Origin: Mobula hypostoma
Taxonomy: Eukaryota
Length of the DNA: 64,000 nucleotides
NCBI RefSeq assembly: GCF_963921235.1
Contig: NC_086108.1
Span: 94,862,001 to 94,926,000, forward strand
Reading direction: 5' to 3'
Of the stretch, positions 1 to 10,486 are shown one piece after another (the first letter of the stretch is position 1; every line of letters begins with the position of its first letter). The position numbers were made by a program, and so were the translations under genes. The notes below the pieces were generated by a model. The model worked only from the letters and a program-made list of their open reading frames with translations. It did no database searches and was not told where the DNA came from.

Positions 1-580
1 CGAGCAAGGTTGTCAAAGGATATAACTTGTCAAAGAATACAGAGGGATAAAGATTAGTTGAGAATCTGGGCAGAGAAGTGACAGATGGAGCCGAATCCAG
101 ACAAATGTGAAATAATGAATATGGCATGCTTCTCTTCATTGGTAGGTGCATAGAGTATAAGAATAGGAAATCATGCTGAAGCTATAAAAAAACTTCAGTC
201 AGACTGCACTTGCCGGAGTACTCTCTACAGTCCTGGACACCCTATTATAGGAAGGATGTGGAAATTGTTGGGAGGGTGCAGAAGAATTTACAGGATGTTA
301 CCTAGATTAGAGAATATCAGCTGTAAGAAAAGGCTGGACAAACCTAACTTGTTCTCCCTAGAACGTTGGAGGCTGAAGGGAGACCAGATGGAGGGTTTTT
401 CAATTATGAGAGGCATAGATAAGGTAGACAATTTTTTTACCTGGGTGGAAATGTGGAAATGTCACACAGCAGAAGATATGCTTTTAAACTTGGGGGGGGG
501 GGGGGGGAGGAGTTTAAAGGCAATATTGAAGGAATTTTTTTTTATATATAAACACAGAGAGTGGTAAGTGTCTGCAATGT
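1..580 (+). mobile_element. Degraded CR1 LINE, 3' part of ORF2
   Basis: ORF 256..567 carries the LFSLERWRLKGD motif typical of the CR1 ORF2 C-terminus. Confidence 0.75.
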
Positions 581-599
581 AAGCTTGCTTGTGGGGAGC

Positions 600-1160
600 A
601 GGCAAGGCTTCCCCCCCACCCCACATCTCAACTGCATTTTACAAGAACATCTCCATCTGGTATGGGAGCAGCGGAGGATTGGACCAGAAGTACCTACAAA
701 GGACTATGAGAACTGCCTCCTTGCCATTCATCAGACATTTATCAGGAGCGCTGCGTATTAAGGGCCCTGCATATTATTAAGAATCCCACCCATCGATACA
801 GCATCATCTTTGACTTTCTACCATCAGGTAGGAGACCATGATGCATAAAAACAGGAATGGTCAGGATGAGAAAAAAGTTTCTTCCCCCAGGCCATTAGTC
901 TTCTGAACTCCCTGCCGCATTGTATTTGAAGTATCGCTGGTTAATCTGCTCTGTACCTTACAATATTTAACATTAATGTACTTTAGTTTTGTTATTATGT
1001 GTGATTCATCTGTAGATTTTATCCTTAGCTTCATAAGTTATCGTGTGTTATGTGTACTACTGTGCTTTACACCCTGGTTGGAAGAATTATTGCCTCGTTT
1101 CTATATACATTATATCCATGTATGTAGTTAAGTGACAATAAACTTGCCTCGACACTTGAA
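600..1160 (+). mobile_element. Rex1/Babar-like LINE 3' fragment
   Basis: TAFYKNISIWYGS-like translation; 3' UTR ends in aataaacttg. Confidence 0.55.
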
Positions 1161-1204
1161 TAGGTTATCAGGAGAGTAGAGGAAGAAGGATATTTGGTGG
1201 AGAT

Positions 1205-3760
1205 ACCTCTGATCCTCCACACTGCCAAGAGTCTTACCATTAATACTATATTCTGCCATCATATTTGACCTACCAAAATGAACCACCTCACACTTATCTG
1301 GGTTGAACTCCATCTGCCACTTCTCAGCCCAGTTTTGCGTCTTGTCGATGTCCCACTGTAACCCCTGACAGCTCTCCACACTATCCACAACACTTCCAAC
1401 AAATCATCAGCAAATTTACCAACCCATCCTTCCACTTCCTCATCCAGGTCATTTATAAAAATCGCAAAGAGTAGGGGTCCCAGAACAGATCCCTGAGGCA
1501 CACCACTGATTACCGGCCTCCATGCAGAGTATGGCACATCTACAACCACTCTTTGCCTTCTGTTGGCAAGCCAGTTCTGGATCCACAAAGCAATGTACCC
1601 TTGGATCCTATGCCTCCTTACTTTCTCAATAAGCGTTGCATTGGGTACATTATCAAATGCCCTGCAGAAATCCGTATACACTACATCCACAGCTCTACCT
1701 TCATCAATGTGTTTAGTCACATCCTCAAAAAATTCGATCAGGCTCGTAAGGCACAACCTGCCTTTGACAAAGCCATGCTGACTATTCCTAATCATGTTAT
1801 GCCTTTCCGAATGTTCATAAACCCTGCCTCTCAGGGTCTTCTCCATCAACTTACTGCCCACTGAGGTAAGACTCACTGGCCTGTAATTTCCTGAGCTATC
1901 CCTACTCCCTTTCTTGAATAATGGAACAACATCCGCAACTCTTCAATCCTCCAGAACCTCTCCCGTCCTCATCGATGATGCAAAGATCATTGCCAGAGGC
2001 TCAGCAATTTCCTCCCTCGCCTCCCACAGTAGCCTGGGATACATCCCATCTGGTCTCGGTGACTTATCCAACTTGATGCTTTCCAAAAGTTCCAGCAGAT
2101 CCTCTTTCTTAATAACTACATGCTCAAGCTTTTCAGTCCACTGCAAATCATCCCTACAATTGACAAGATCGTTTTCGGTAGTGAATACTGAAGCAAAGTA
2201 TTCATTAAGTACCTCTGCTATTTCCTCCGGTTCCATACACACTTTTCCACTGTCACACTTGATTGGTCCTATTCTCTCATGTCTTATCCTCTTGCTCTTC
2301 ACATACTTGTAGAATGCCTTGGGGTTTTCCTTAATCCTGTCTGCCAAGGCCTTCTCATGGCCCCTTCTGGCTCTCCTAATTTCATTCTTAAGCTCCTACC
2401 TGCTAGCCTTATAATCTTCTAGATCTCTATCATTACCTAGTTTTTGAACCTTTTGTAAGCTTTTCTTTTCTTGTTGACTAGATTTACAACAGCCTTTGTA
2501 CACCACAGTTCCTGTTCCCTAACGCCCTTTCCCTGTCTCAATAGAATGTACCTATGCAGAACTTCCTGCAAATATCCCTTGAACATTTGTGAGGTGCTAC
2601 ATTTTGGTAGGACTAATCAAAATAGGACATACATGGTAAATGGTAGGGCATTGAAGAATGCTGTAGAACAGAGGGATCTAGGAATAATGGTGCATAGTTC
2701 CCTGAAGGTGGAATCTCATGTGGATAGGGTGGTGAAGAAAGCTTTTGGTATGCTGGCCTTTATTAATCAGAGCATTGAGTATAGGAGTTGGGATGTAATG
2801 TTGAAATTGTACAAGGCATTGGTAAGGCCAAATTTGGAGTATTGTGTACAGTTCTGGTCACCGAATTATAGGAAAGATGTCAACAAAATTGAGAGAGTAC
2901 AGAGGAGGTTAACTAAAATGTTGCCTGCGTTTCATCTCCTAAGTTACAGAGAAAGGCTGAACAAGTTAGGTCTTTATTCTTTGGAGCGTAGAAGGTTGAG
3001 AGGGGACTTGATAGAGGTGTTTAAAATTATGAGGGGATTGATAGAGTTGACGTGGATAGGCTTTTTCCATTGAGAGTGGGGAAGATTCAAAGAAGAGGAC
3101 ATGAGTTGAGAGTTAAAGGACAGAAGTTTAGGGGTAACATGGGGGGGAACTTCATTTCTCAGAGAGTGGTAGCTGTGTGGAATGAGCTTCCGGCAAAAAT
3201 GGTTGAGGCAGGTACGATGTTGTCGTTTAAGGTTAAATTGGTTAGATATATGGACGGGAAAGGAATGGAGGGTTCTGGGCTGAGTGCAGGTCGATGGGAC
3301 TAGGTGAGAGTTCGGCATGGACTAGAAGGGCCGAGGTGGCCTGTTTCCGTGCTGTAATTGTTATATGGTTACATTTCTGCCCTATATTTCCCTAACAACA
3401 TTTGCTCCCAATTTATAATTTCAAGTTCCTGCCTGATAGCTTCATATTTCCCCTTACTCCAATTAAACACTTTCTGAACTTGTCTGTTCCTATCCTTCTC
3501 CAATGCCATGGTAAAGGAGAAAGAATTGTGATCACTATCTCCAAAATGTTCTCCCACTAAGACCTGACACCTGACCAGATTCATTTCCCAATTCCAGATC
3601 AAGTACAGCCTCTCCTCATGTAGGCTTATCTACATATTGTGTCAGGAAACCTTCCTGAACATACCTAACAAACTCCATCCCATATAAACCCCTCGCTCTA
3701 GGGAGATGCCAATCAATATTTGGGAAATTAAAATCTCTCACCACCACAACCCTGTTATAT
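1205..3760 (-). mobile_element. CR1 LINE ORF2 remnant (EN-RT), interrupted by a + strand CR1 piece
   Basis: ORFs 3369..3602 (HFGDSDHN), 1943..2347 (IKENPKAFY...DKSPRPDG) and 1259..1876 (SQHGF...[10 protein letters not shown]...FADD). Confidence 0.88.
2589..3370 (+). mobile_element. 5'-truncated CR1 LINE (3' end)
   Basis: CEVLHFGR...LVRPNLEYCVQFWSP...LYSLERRRLRGDLIE, followed by CR1 3' UTR. Confidence 0.9.
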
Positions 3761-4069
3761 ACACAAACATACATATATACCACCCCACCCCCCTTTGCTT
3801 GTCCTTTCAGTACAATGTGTATCCTTAGATGCTAAGCTCCCAACTATGATATCCTTTCAGATACGAATCAGTGATACTCACACTTTTGGGTCTCATAGAA
3901 AGAAGTGAGTCTTAGCTGTGCTTTGGTCAGAATTACTTCAAAGAAATCAATCCTGTTAAATATTACTGGCACAGAGGTTTCCACATTAAGTGAAAGGCAA
4001 TCATTAACGTACCGTATGTCTGCAGTATATTAGTTGGCAGCACCTATATCCAGTTCCAGAAGTTTCGTT

Positions 4070-4170
4070 TTGACTCAAGTCCCATTTCAGGGACTTAATC
4101 CCATATTCAAAACGGACAGTCCAGTACAGCACTTAGGGAGTGTTGCCCTCACTATTGCCCCTGCTTTCAA
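4070..4170 (+). mobile_element. Old DeuSINE (SacSINE-like) remnant
   Basis: tcaagtcccatttcagggactt...ccagtacagcacttagggagtgttgc resembles, from memory, the Deu/SacSINE central region. Confidence 0.4.
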
Positions 4171-4305
4171 GTACCTGGAATTCAATAATTATAAATTATT
4201 TATAGAGCACTTTCATACAGATGATGTAGTTCAAAGTACTTCACAATGGGATAAAACACTTTATAATGGAATAATACAAACATGAAAATAAAAGACACAA
4301 AGACA

Positions 4306-4495
4306 CTCACAAGAGATACTGCAGATGCCAGTTATCTAGAGCAATACACACAAACTGCTGGAGGAGTTCAGCAGGTCAGGCAGCATCTATGGATTGGAAT
4401 AAAGAGTTGATGTTTTGGGCCAAGACTCTTCAACAGGACACAGAGTCCTGATGAAGGGTCTCGGCCTGAAACATCGCCTGTTTATTCTGATCCAT
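4306..4495. mobile_element. Penelope-derived short palindromic element with inverted hammerhead-like halves
   Basis: ctgcagatgc...gctggaggagttcagcagg terminus. Degenerate HHR on the minus strand (~4403-4439) abuts GAGTC-CTGATGA...GAAACATC on the plus strand (4443-4480). Confidence 0.65.
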
Positions 4496-4839
4496 GAAGA
4501 CAAGAAGATCTTAGTTAAAAGCAAGGTAAATAAATAGGTTTTGTGCTGACATTTAAAAGTGTCAACTGAGTTTTAGATATTGAACTCCGCAGTTTAGAAA
4601 TGTAGTTCAAAAAGCTAGCCTGCCAATTATCTTTTCAGGGAGATGTTTAAATTTAAGAGACTGGCGAAAGAAGACCCAAGAGCTTGACCAGGATTATAAA
4701 GTGAAAGTGATTCCATGATGTTCTCCAGTCCCAGGTCATTAAGAGCTTTGAAAAGAAGAGTATAAACAATTCTAAAAGATACAGGTAGCCAATGGAGAGT
4801 AGGTGTGATAGGCTCTTCGTCCATGTTTTAATTAAAAGT

Positions 4840-6170
4840 TTATGAACATGTTGCTGGGACAGGAAAACCTCAGTTACAAGGAAAAATTGAAGAGGTTACA
4901 ACTTTATTGCTTGGAACATAGAAGATTGAAGGGAGATTTGATAGAGGTATACAAAATTATAAGGGGTATAGATAGGGTTGTGCAGATTTTTCCCCCCACT
5001 AAGGTTGGGTGGAACTACAACTAATCAAATCAAATCACTTTTTATTGTCATTTTGACCATAACTGCTGGTAGAGTACACAGTAAAAACAAGACAATGTTT
5101 TTCAGGACCATGGTGCTACATGAAACAATACAAAAACTACATTGAACTACATAGAACATAGAATAGCACAGCACATTACAGGCCCTTCGGCCCACAATGT
5201 TGTGCCGACCCTCAAACTCTGCCTCCCATGTAACCCCCTACCTTAAATTCCTCCATATACCTGTCTAGTAGTCTCTCAAACTTCACTAGTGTATCTGCCT
5301 TCACCACTGACTCAGGCAGTGCATTCCACGCACCAACCACTCTGAGTAAAAAACCTTCCTCTACTATCCCCCTTGAACTTCCCACCCCTTACCTTAAAGC
5401 CATGTCCTCTTGTATTGAGCAGTGGTGCCCTGGGGAAGAGGCGCTGGCTATCCACTCTATCTATTCCTCTTATTATCTTGTACACCTCTATCATGTCTCC
5501 TCTCATCCTCCTTCTCTCCAAAGAGTAAAGCCCTAGCTCCCTTAATCTCTGATCATAATGCATACTCTCTAAACCAGGCAGCATCCTGGTAAATCTCCTC
5601 TGTACCCTTTCCAAGCTTCCACATCCTTCATAAAACAACTACGTAAAACAACACAAAAACTGCACTAGACTACAGACCTACCCAGGACTGCATAAAGTGC
5701 ACAGGACAGTGCAGGCATTACAATAGATAATAAATAAGACAATAGGCAGAGTAGAGAGCAGTAGGTTGGTGTCAGTCCAGGCTCTGGGTATTGAGGAGTC
5801 TGATGGCTTGGGGGAAGAAACTGTTATATAGTCTGGTCGCGAGAGCCCGAATGCTTCGGTGCCTTTTGCCAGATGGCAGGAGGGAGATGATGTCATGGAT
5901 TAAGGGGGAAAGGTGAAAAAGTTTAAGGGGAACATGAGGGGAAATATCACCACTCAGAGTGCCGTAAGTGTGGGGAACAAGCTGCCAACATAGGTAGTGC
6001 GTGCAAGCTCGACTTCAACATTTAAGAAAAACTTGGATAGGTACCTAGATGGTGGGGCTCTGGTCCTGGTGCAAGTTGATGTCAGTAGGCAGCTTAAATG
6101 GTTTGGCACAGACTAGATAGGCCAAAGGGTCTGTTTCAATGCTACACTTTTCTGTGACTCTATGACTCTA
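4840..6170 (+). mobile_element. CR1 3' fragment split by Rex1-like (5023-5890) and CR1 (5150-5628, minus) insertions
   Basis: ORF 4842..5024 (LYCLEHRRLKGDLIE) resumes at ~5890 with CR1 3' sequence. ORF 5312..5638 on the minus strand is a second CR1 3' end. Confidence 0.75.
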
Positions 6171-6772
6171 GAGCAGATTTCTCAATGAGTTGAAGTTTGT
6201 AAATAGATTGCTTTGGAGCCAGTAAAAAGTGCATTGCAGTAAATCCAGTCTGTTTGATATAAAGGCATGAATTAATTTTTTAGCATCATTATGTAACAGA
6301 AATGGATGTATCTTTACAATATTTCTTAAGTGTAGAAATGCTGCTCTGGTCACTTTTTTTTTACATGGGATTTAAAATTCATTTTATATGCAATTCAATC
6401 AAGGTCCTATCTAGTAGATGAGCAGAGACCCCATGATAATGTTGTAAAGAGGAGCTAGGAAATTATGTCAATCAATATTTCTAAAATAGATTACATTTTT
6501 GTTGATTGTGGTTGACTGCTGTGCACACACTCCCTCACTTATTAACTACATTATAATGCAACACACATAAAATGCTGGAGGAACTCAGCAGGCCAGGTAG
6601 CATCTATGGGAAAGAGTAAACAGTCAACATTTCAGGCAGAGACCCTTTATCTGGACATTATAACTCTGGCTACACTTCAAACAAAAGATACTCTTTGGGA
6701 AGGGCTTCAAATGGTGTTACATTATGGCTTTATTTCCTTTACGTTCAATTGTACATAAAAAAAGAGAATGTG

Positions 6773-7497
6773 ATAGTCATAGTCATACTTTATTGACCCC
6801 GGGGGAAATTGGTTTTCGTTACAGTTGCACCATAAATAATAAATAGTAATACTACTATTAGTAAATAGTAATAGTCATGGAAATAATAAATAGTAATAGA
6901 AAAATAGTAATAAATAGTTAAATAGTAATATGTAAATTATGCCAGTAAATTATGAAATAAATCCAGGACCAGCCTATTGGCTCAGGGTGTCTGACCCTCC
7001 AAGGGAGGAGTTGTAAAGTTTGATGGTCACAGGCAGGAATGACTTCCTATGACGCTCTGTGCGGCATCTCGGTGGGATGAGTCTCTGGCTGAATGTACTC
7101 CTGTGCCCAACCAGTACATTATGTAGTGGATGGGAGACATTGACCAAGATGGCATGCAACTTAGACAGCATCCTCTTTTCAGACACCACCGTCAGAGAGT
7201 CCAGTTCCATCCCCACAACATCACTGGCCTTACAAATGAGTTTGTTGCTTCTGTTGGTGTCTGCTACCCTCAGCCTGCTGCCCCAGCACACAACAGCAAA
7301 CATGATAGCACTGGCCACCACAGACTCGTAGAACATCCTCAGCATCGTCCGGCAGATGTTAAAGGACCTCAGTCTCCTCAGGAAATAGAGATGGCTCTGA
7401 CCCTTCTAGTAGACAGCCTCAGTGTTCTTTGACCAGTCCAGTTTATTAACAATTCATATCCCCAGGTATTTGTAATCCTCCACCATGTCCACACTGA
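6773..7497 (-). mobile_element. Rex1/Babar LINE 3' portion
   Basis: ORF 6974..7345 MLRMFYESVVASAIMFAVVCWG...RHRKSFLP. AT-rich (AATAGT)n 3' UTR at 6836-6930. Confidence 0.85.
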
Positions 7498-7879
7498 AAG
7501 GTATCCCATAAAAGTGTGATAAAATGTGCAAATACCGCTACTATAACCAAGTGACTTTCTTCCAATTTCTGATCACTACTCGTTCTGGTATTTTTGATTT
7601 GGAGAAATTAGTTCAGGAGCAGGAACCCAGAGGTCCTTGTCCGAGGATCAGAGGTGGAGAGGGTCAGCAACTTTAAACTCCTGGGTGTAACTATCTCAGA
7701 GGACTTGTCCTGCAACCAGCAGGTAAGTGCAATTGTGAAAAAAACAACAGCACCTCTACTTCTTCAGGAGTCTGCAAACACCTGTGTCGTGGAGAGTGCA
7801 TTGACTGGCTGCATCATGTAACACACATCAAAGTTGCTGGTGAACACAACAGGCCAGGCACCATCTCTAGGAAGAGGTA

Positions 7880-7917
7880 CAGTCGACGTTTCAGGCCGAG
7901 ACCCTTCATCAGGACTA
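7880..7917 (-). ncRNA. Minimal type I hammerhead ribozyme motif (Penelope terminal repeat)
   Basis: UAGUC-CUGAUGA-AGGGUCUCGGCCU-GAAA-CGUC-GACUG: complete core, stems I and II, palindromic ACGU stem III. Confidence 0.8.
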
Positions 7918-8781
7918 ACTGAAGAAAGAGCTAGTAAGAGATTTGAAAGTGGGAGGGGGAGGGGGAGATCCGAAATGATAGGAGAAGGCAGGAGGGGGAG
8001 GGATGAAGCCAAGAGCTGGACGGGTGATTGGCAAAAGGGATATGAGAGGATCATGGGACGAGAGGCCCAGGGAGAAGGAAAAGGGGGAGGGGGGGAAATC
8101 CAGAGGATGGGCAAGGGGTATAGTCAGAGGGACAGAGGGAGAAAGAGAGAGAGAAAAAGAATGTGCATATATAGATAAATAACGGATGGGGTACGAGGGG
8201 GAGGTGGGGCATTAGCGGAAGTTAGAGAAGTCAATGTTCATGCCATCAGGTTGGAGACTACCCAGACGGAATATAAGGTGTTGTTCCTCCACGAGTGTGG
8301 CTTCATCTTGACAGTAGAGGAGGCCATGGATAGACATGTCAGAATGGGAATGGGATGTGGAATTAAAATGTGTGGCCAATGGGAGATCCTGCTTTCTCTG
8401 GCGGACAGAGCGTAGGTGTTCAGCAAAACGATCTCCCAGTCTGCGTCGGGTCTCGCCAATATATAGAAGGCCACATCGGGAGCACCAGACGCAGTATATC
8501 ACCCCAGCCGACTCACAGGTGAAGTGTCGCCTCACCTGGAAGGACTGTCTGGGGCCCTGAATAGTGGTAAGGGAGGAAGTGTAAGGGCACGTGTAGCACT
8601 TGTTCTGCTTACAAGGATAAGTGCCAGGATCAGTGGGGAGGGATGGGGGGGGACAAATGGATAAGGGAGTCGTGTAGGGAGTGATCCCTGCGGAAAGCAG
8701 AGAGAGAGTGGGGGAGGGAAAGATGTGCTTAGTGGTGGGATCCCGTTGGAGGTGGCGGAAGTTACTAGCTCTTCCTTCAGT

Positions 8782-8819
8782 TAGTCCTGACGAAGGGTCT
8801 CGGCCTGAAACATCGACTG
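8782..8819 (+). ncRNA. Minimal type I hammerhead ribozyme motif (stem III variant)
   Basis: UAGUC-CUGACGA-AGGGUCUCGGCCU-GAAA-CAUC-GACUG; G>A change in stem III. Confidence 0.65.
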
Positions 8820-9789
8820 TACCTCTTCCTAGAGATGCTGCCTGGCCTGCTGTGTTCACCAGCAACTTTGATGTGTGTTGCTTGAATTTCCAGCACCTGC
8901 AGAATTCCTCATGGCTGCATCACGGCCTGGTATGGAAACACCAATACCTTTGAACAGAAAATCCTACAAAAAGTAGTGAATAAGCCCCAGTTCTGCACGG
9001 GTAAAGCCCTCCTAACCACAGAGCACATCTATATGAAATGCTGCCGTAGAGAAGCAGCAGCTATCAGAGATCATCACCACCAGGTTCAAGAACAGTTACT
9101 ACTCCTCAACTATCAGGCTCTTGAATAAAAGTGAATAATTACACTCACATACCTTATTTTTGAAATGTTCCCACAACCAATGATTTCACTTTAAGCCTGT
9201 ATCTCATGATCTCGTTATTTATTGCTATTTATTTTTATTTGCATTTTCAGTTTGTCTTCTACACACTGGTTGATCTATCATTGATCCTGTTTTAGTTACT
9301 ATTCTATAGATTTGCTTCGTATGCCCACAAGAAAATGAATCTCAGTATTGTATATGGTGACTCAAACTTTATTACTCCCAATCACGTAACCATGGCTACC
9401 CGTATTTAAGCATAATCAATCTGACTCAAAACAAAAAAATTCACTTCTGAAATTTAATAACTCAACCACATAGAGCCAGATTTTCTTTCGTGCATTCACA
9501 AGGATTTAGTGAATAAAAGGAGAGCATTAATTTGATATCTAAGAGACATGTATTCCAAAATTGTTCGATCTCCTGGCCAGAAGCAGCTACAAACGTTTCC
9601 AATATTGTACAGGGTTTGTTGGATTTTTTGGGGGGAATCTGCACGGTTGTTCGAACTCCTTAAGTCACTCAATTTATATATATTAAAAAAGATATCTACA
9701 TGTATCCCCAAAGAGCTCAAGCCACGGATGAGAGACAGGCCAAATTCATCAAACTTCTCCTTATATTAAGACTTATAAATGCGGTACAT

Positions 9790-10110
9790 TACCTTCAGCA
9801 CAGTATAAATGTAAGTTATCATAAAGTAGGGAGGTGGGTGTGTGATCATAGATGCTCCAAATGATGCGAGGCAGCCAGACTAGCGGCCGCCATCTTCCTG
9901 CTGGGCTGTCGATGCTGTTACCCGTCACCTGGAGATTCCGTTTTGAGCTCGGCGCTATGTGGCTTCTGATTGGACAGGGCGGGGCTTTCTCGGCCACCGT
10001 ACTCCGCTCGACAATCGACACAATTGTGCGTTTTCGTCCAACTCGAGAGGGCGAACATCAGTGTGACAGGGAGGCATCGCTTGTCGCAGGCCGGTCAATC
10101 GGAGCACCAC
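9790..10110 (-). promoter_or_regulatory. CpG-rich promoter and first exon of an unidentified minus-strand transcript
   Basis: Local CpG enrichment. GC box gggcgggg (~9977), CCAAT box (ctgattggac, ~9966), YY1 motif AAGATGGCGG (~9887-9896, minus strand), donor GAAG|gtaatg at 9793/9792. Confidence 0.6.
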
Positions 10111-10115
10111 CCTTC

Positions 10116-10486
10116 CTAGGGCTTTACTGTTTGGAGAGGAGGATGGGAGGAGACATGATAGAGGTGTACAAGATAATAAGAGGAATAGATAGAGTGGATA
10201 GTCAGCACCTCTTCTCCAGGGCACCTGCTCAATACAAGAGGACACGGCTTTAAAGTAGGAGGTGGGAAGTTGAAGAGGGATATTAGAGGAAGGTTTTCTA
10301 CCCAGACAGTGATTGGTGCGTGGAATGCACTGCCTGAGTCAGTGGTGGAGGCAGATACACTAGTGAAGTTTAAGAGACTACTCGACAGGTATATGGAGGA
10401 ATTTAAGGTGGGGGGGGTATATGGGAGGCAGTGTCGGCACAATATTGTGGGCCGAAGGGCCTGTAATGTGCTGTACTATGTTCTAT
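10116..10486 (+). mobile_element. CR1 3' fragment
   Basis: LGLYCLERRMGGDMIEVYKI, 3' UTR, tatgttctat tail; same subfamily as 5150-5628 and 35540-35937. Confidence 0.85.

Larger units (their letters stand above)
4190..6390 (-). mobile_element. Fragmented L2 LINE carrying nested insertions
   Basis: ORF 6168..6353 (AAFLHLRNIVKI...LIHAFISNRLD), ORF 4627..4824 (ITPTLHWLPVSFRI), L2-type 3' tail near 4190-4250. Confidence 0.7.
7817..8911 (-). mobile_element. Penelope-like element, 5'-truncated, with inverted terminal repeats and a GIY-YIG endonuclease remnant
   Basis: ORF 8212..8865 FTCESAGVIYCVWCSRCGLLYIGETRRRLGDRFAEH...LGSLQPDGMN. 11-bp TSD tggctgcatca at 7806-7816 and 8912-8922. Confidence 0.9.
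7630..9370 (+). mobile_element. Degraded Rex1-like LINE interrupted by a Penelope element
   Basis: gtggagagggtcagcaactttaaactcctggg and gagagtgcattgactggctgcatcacggcctggtatgg are continuous across the insertion. Confidence 0.65.

Noticed and set aside
2583..3376. acattt as TSD of the nested + strand CR1
   Set aside because: The host CR1 probably carries this hexamer twice natively, so the duplication is ambiguous.
6836..6960. (AATAGT)n low-complexity tract
   Set aside because: Ordinary microsatellite in the Rex1/Babar 3' UTR.
9795..9852. Box C/D snoRNA (ATGATCA or ATGATAA ... CTGA) or selenocysteine readthrough of the TGA in the promoter exon
   Set aside because: Box C is imperfect with no terminal stem; readthrough hits further stops within about 10 codons and no SECIS is evident.
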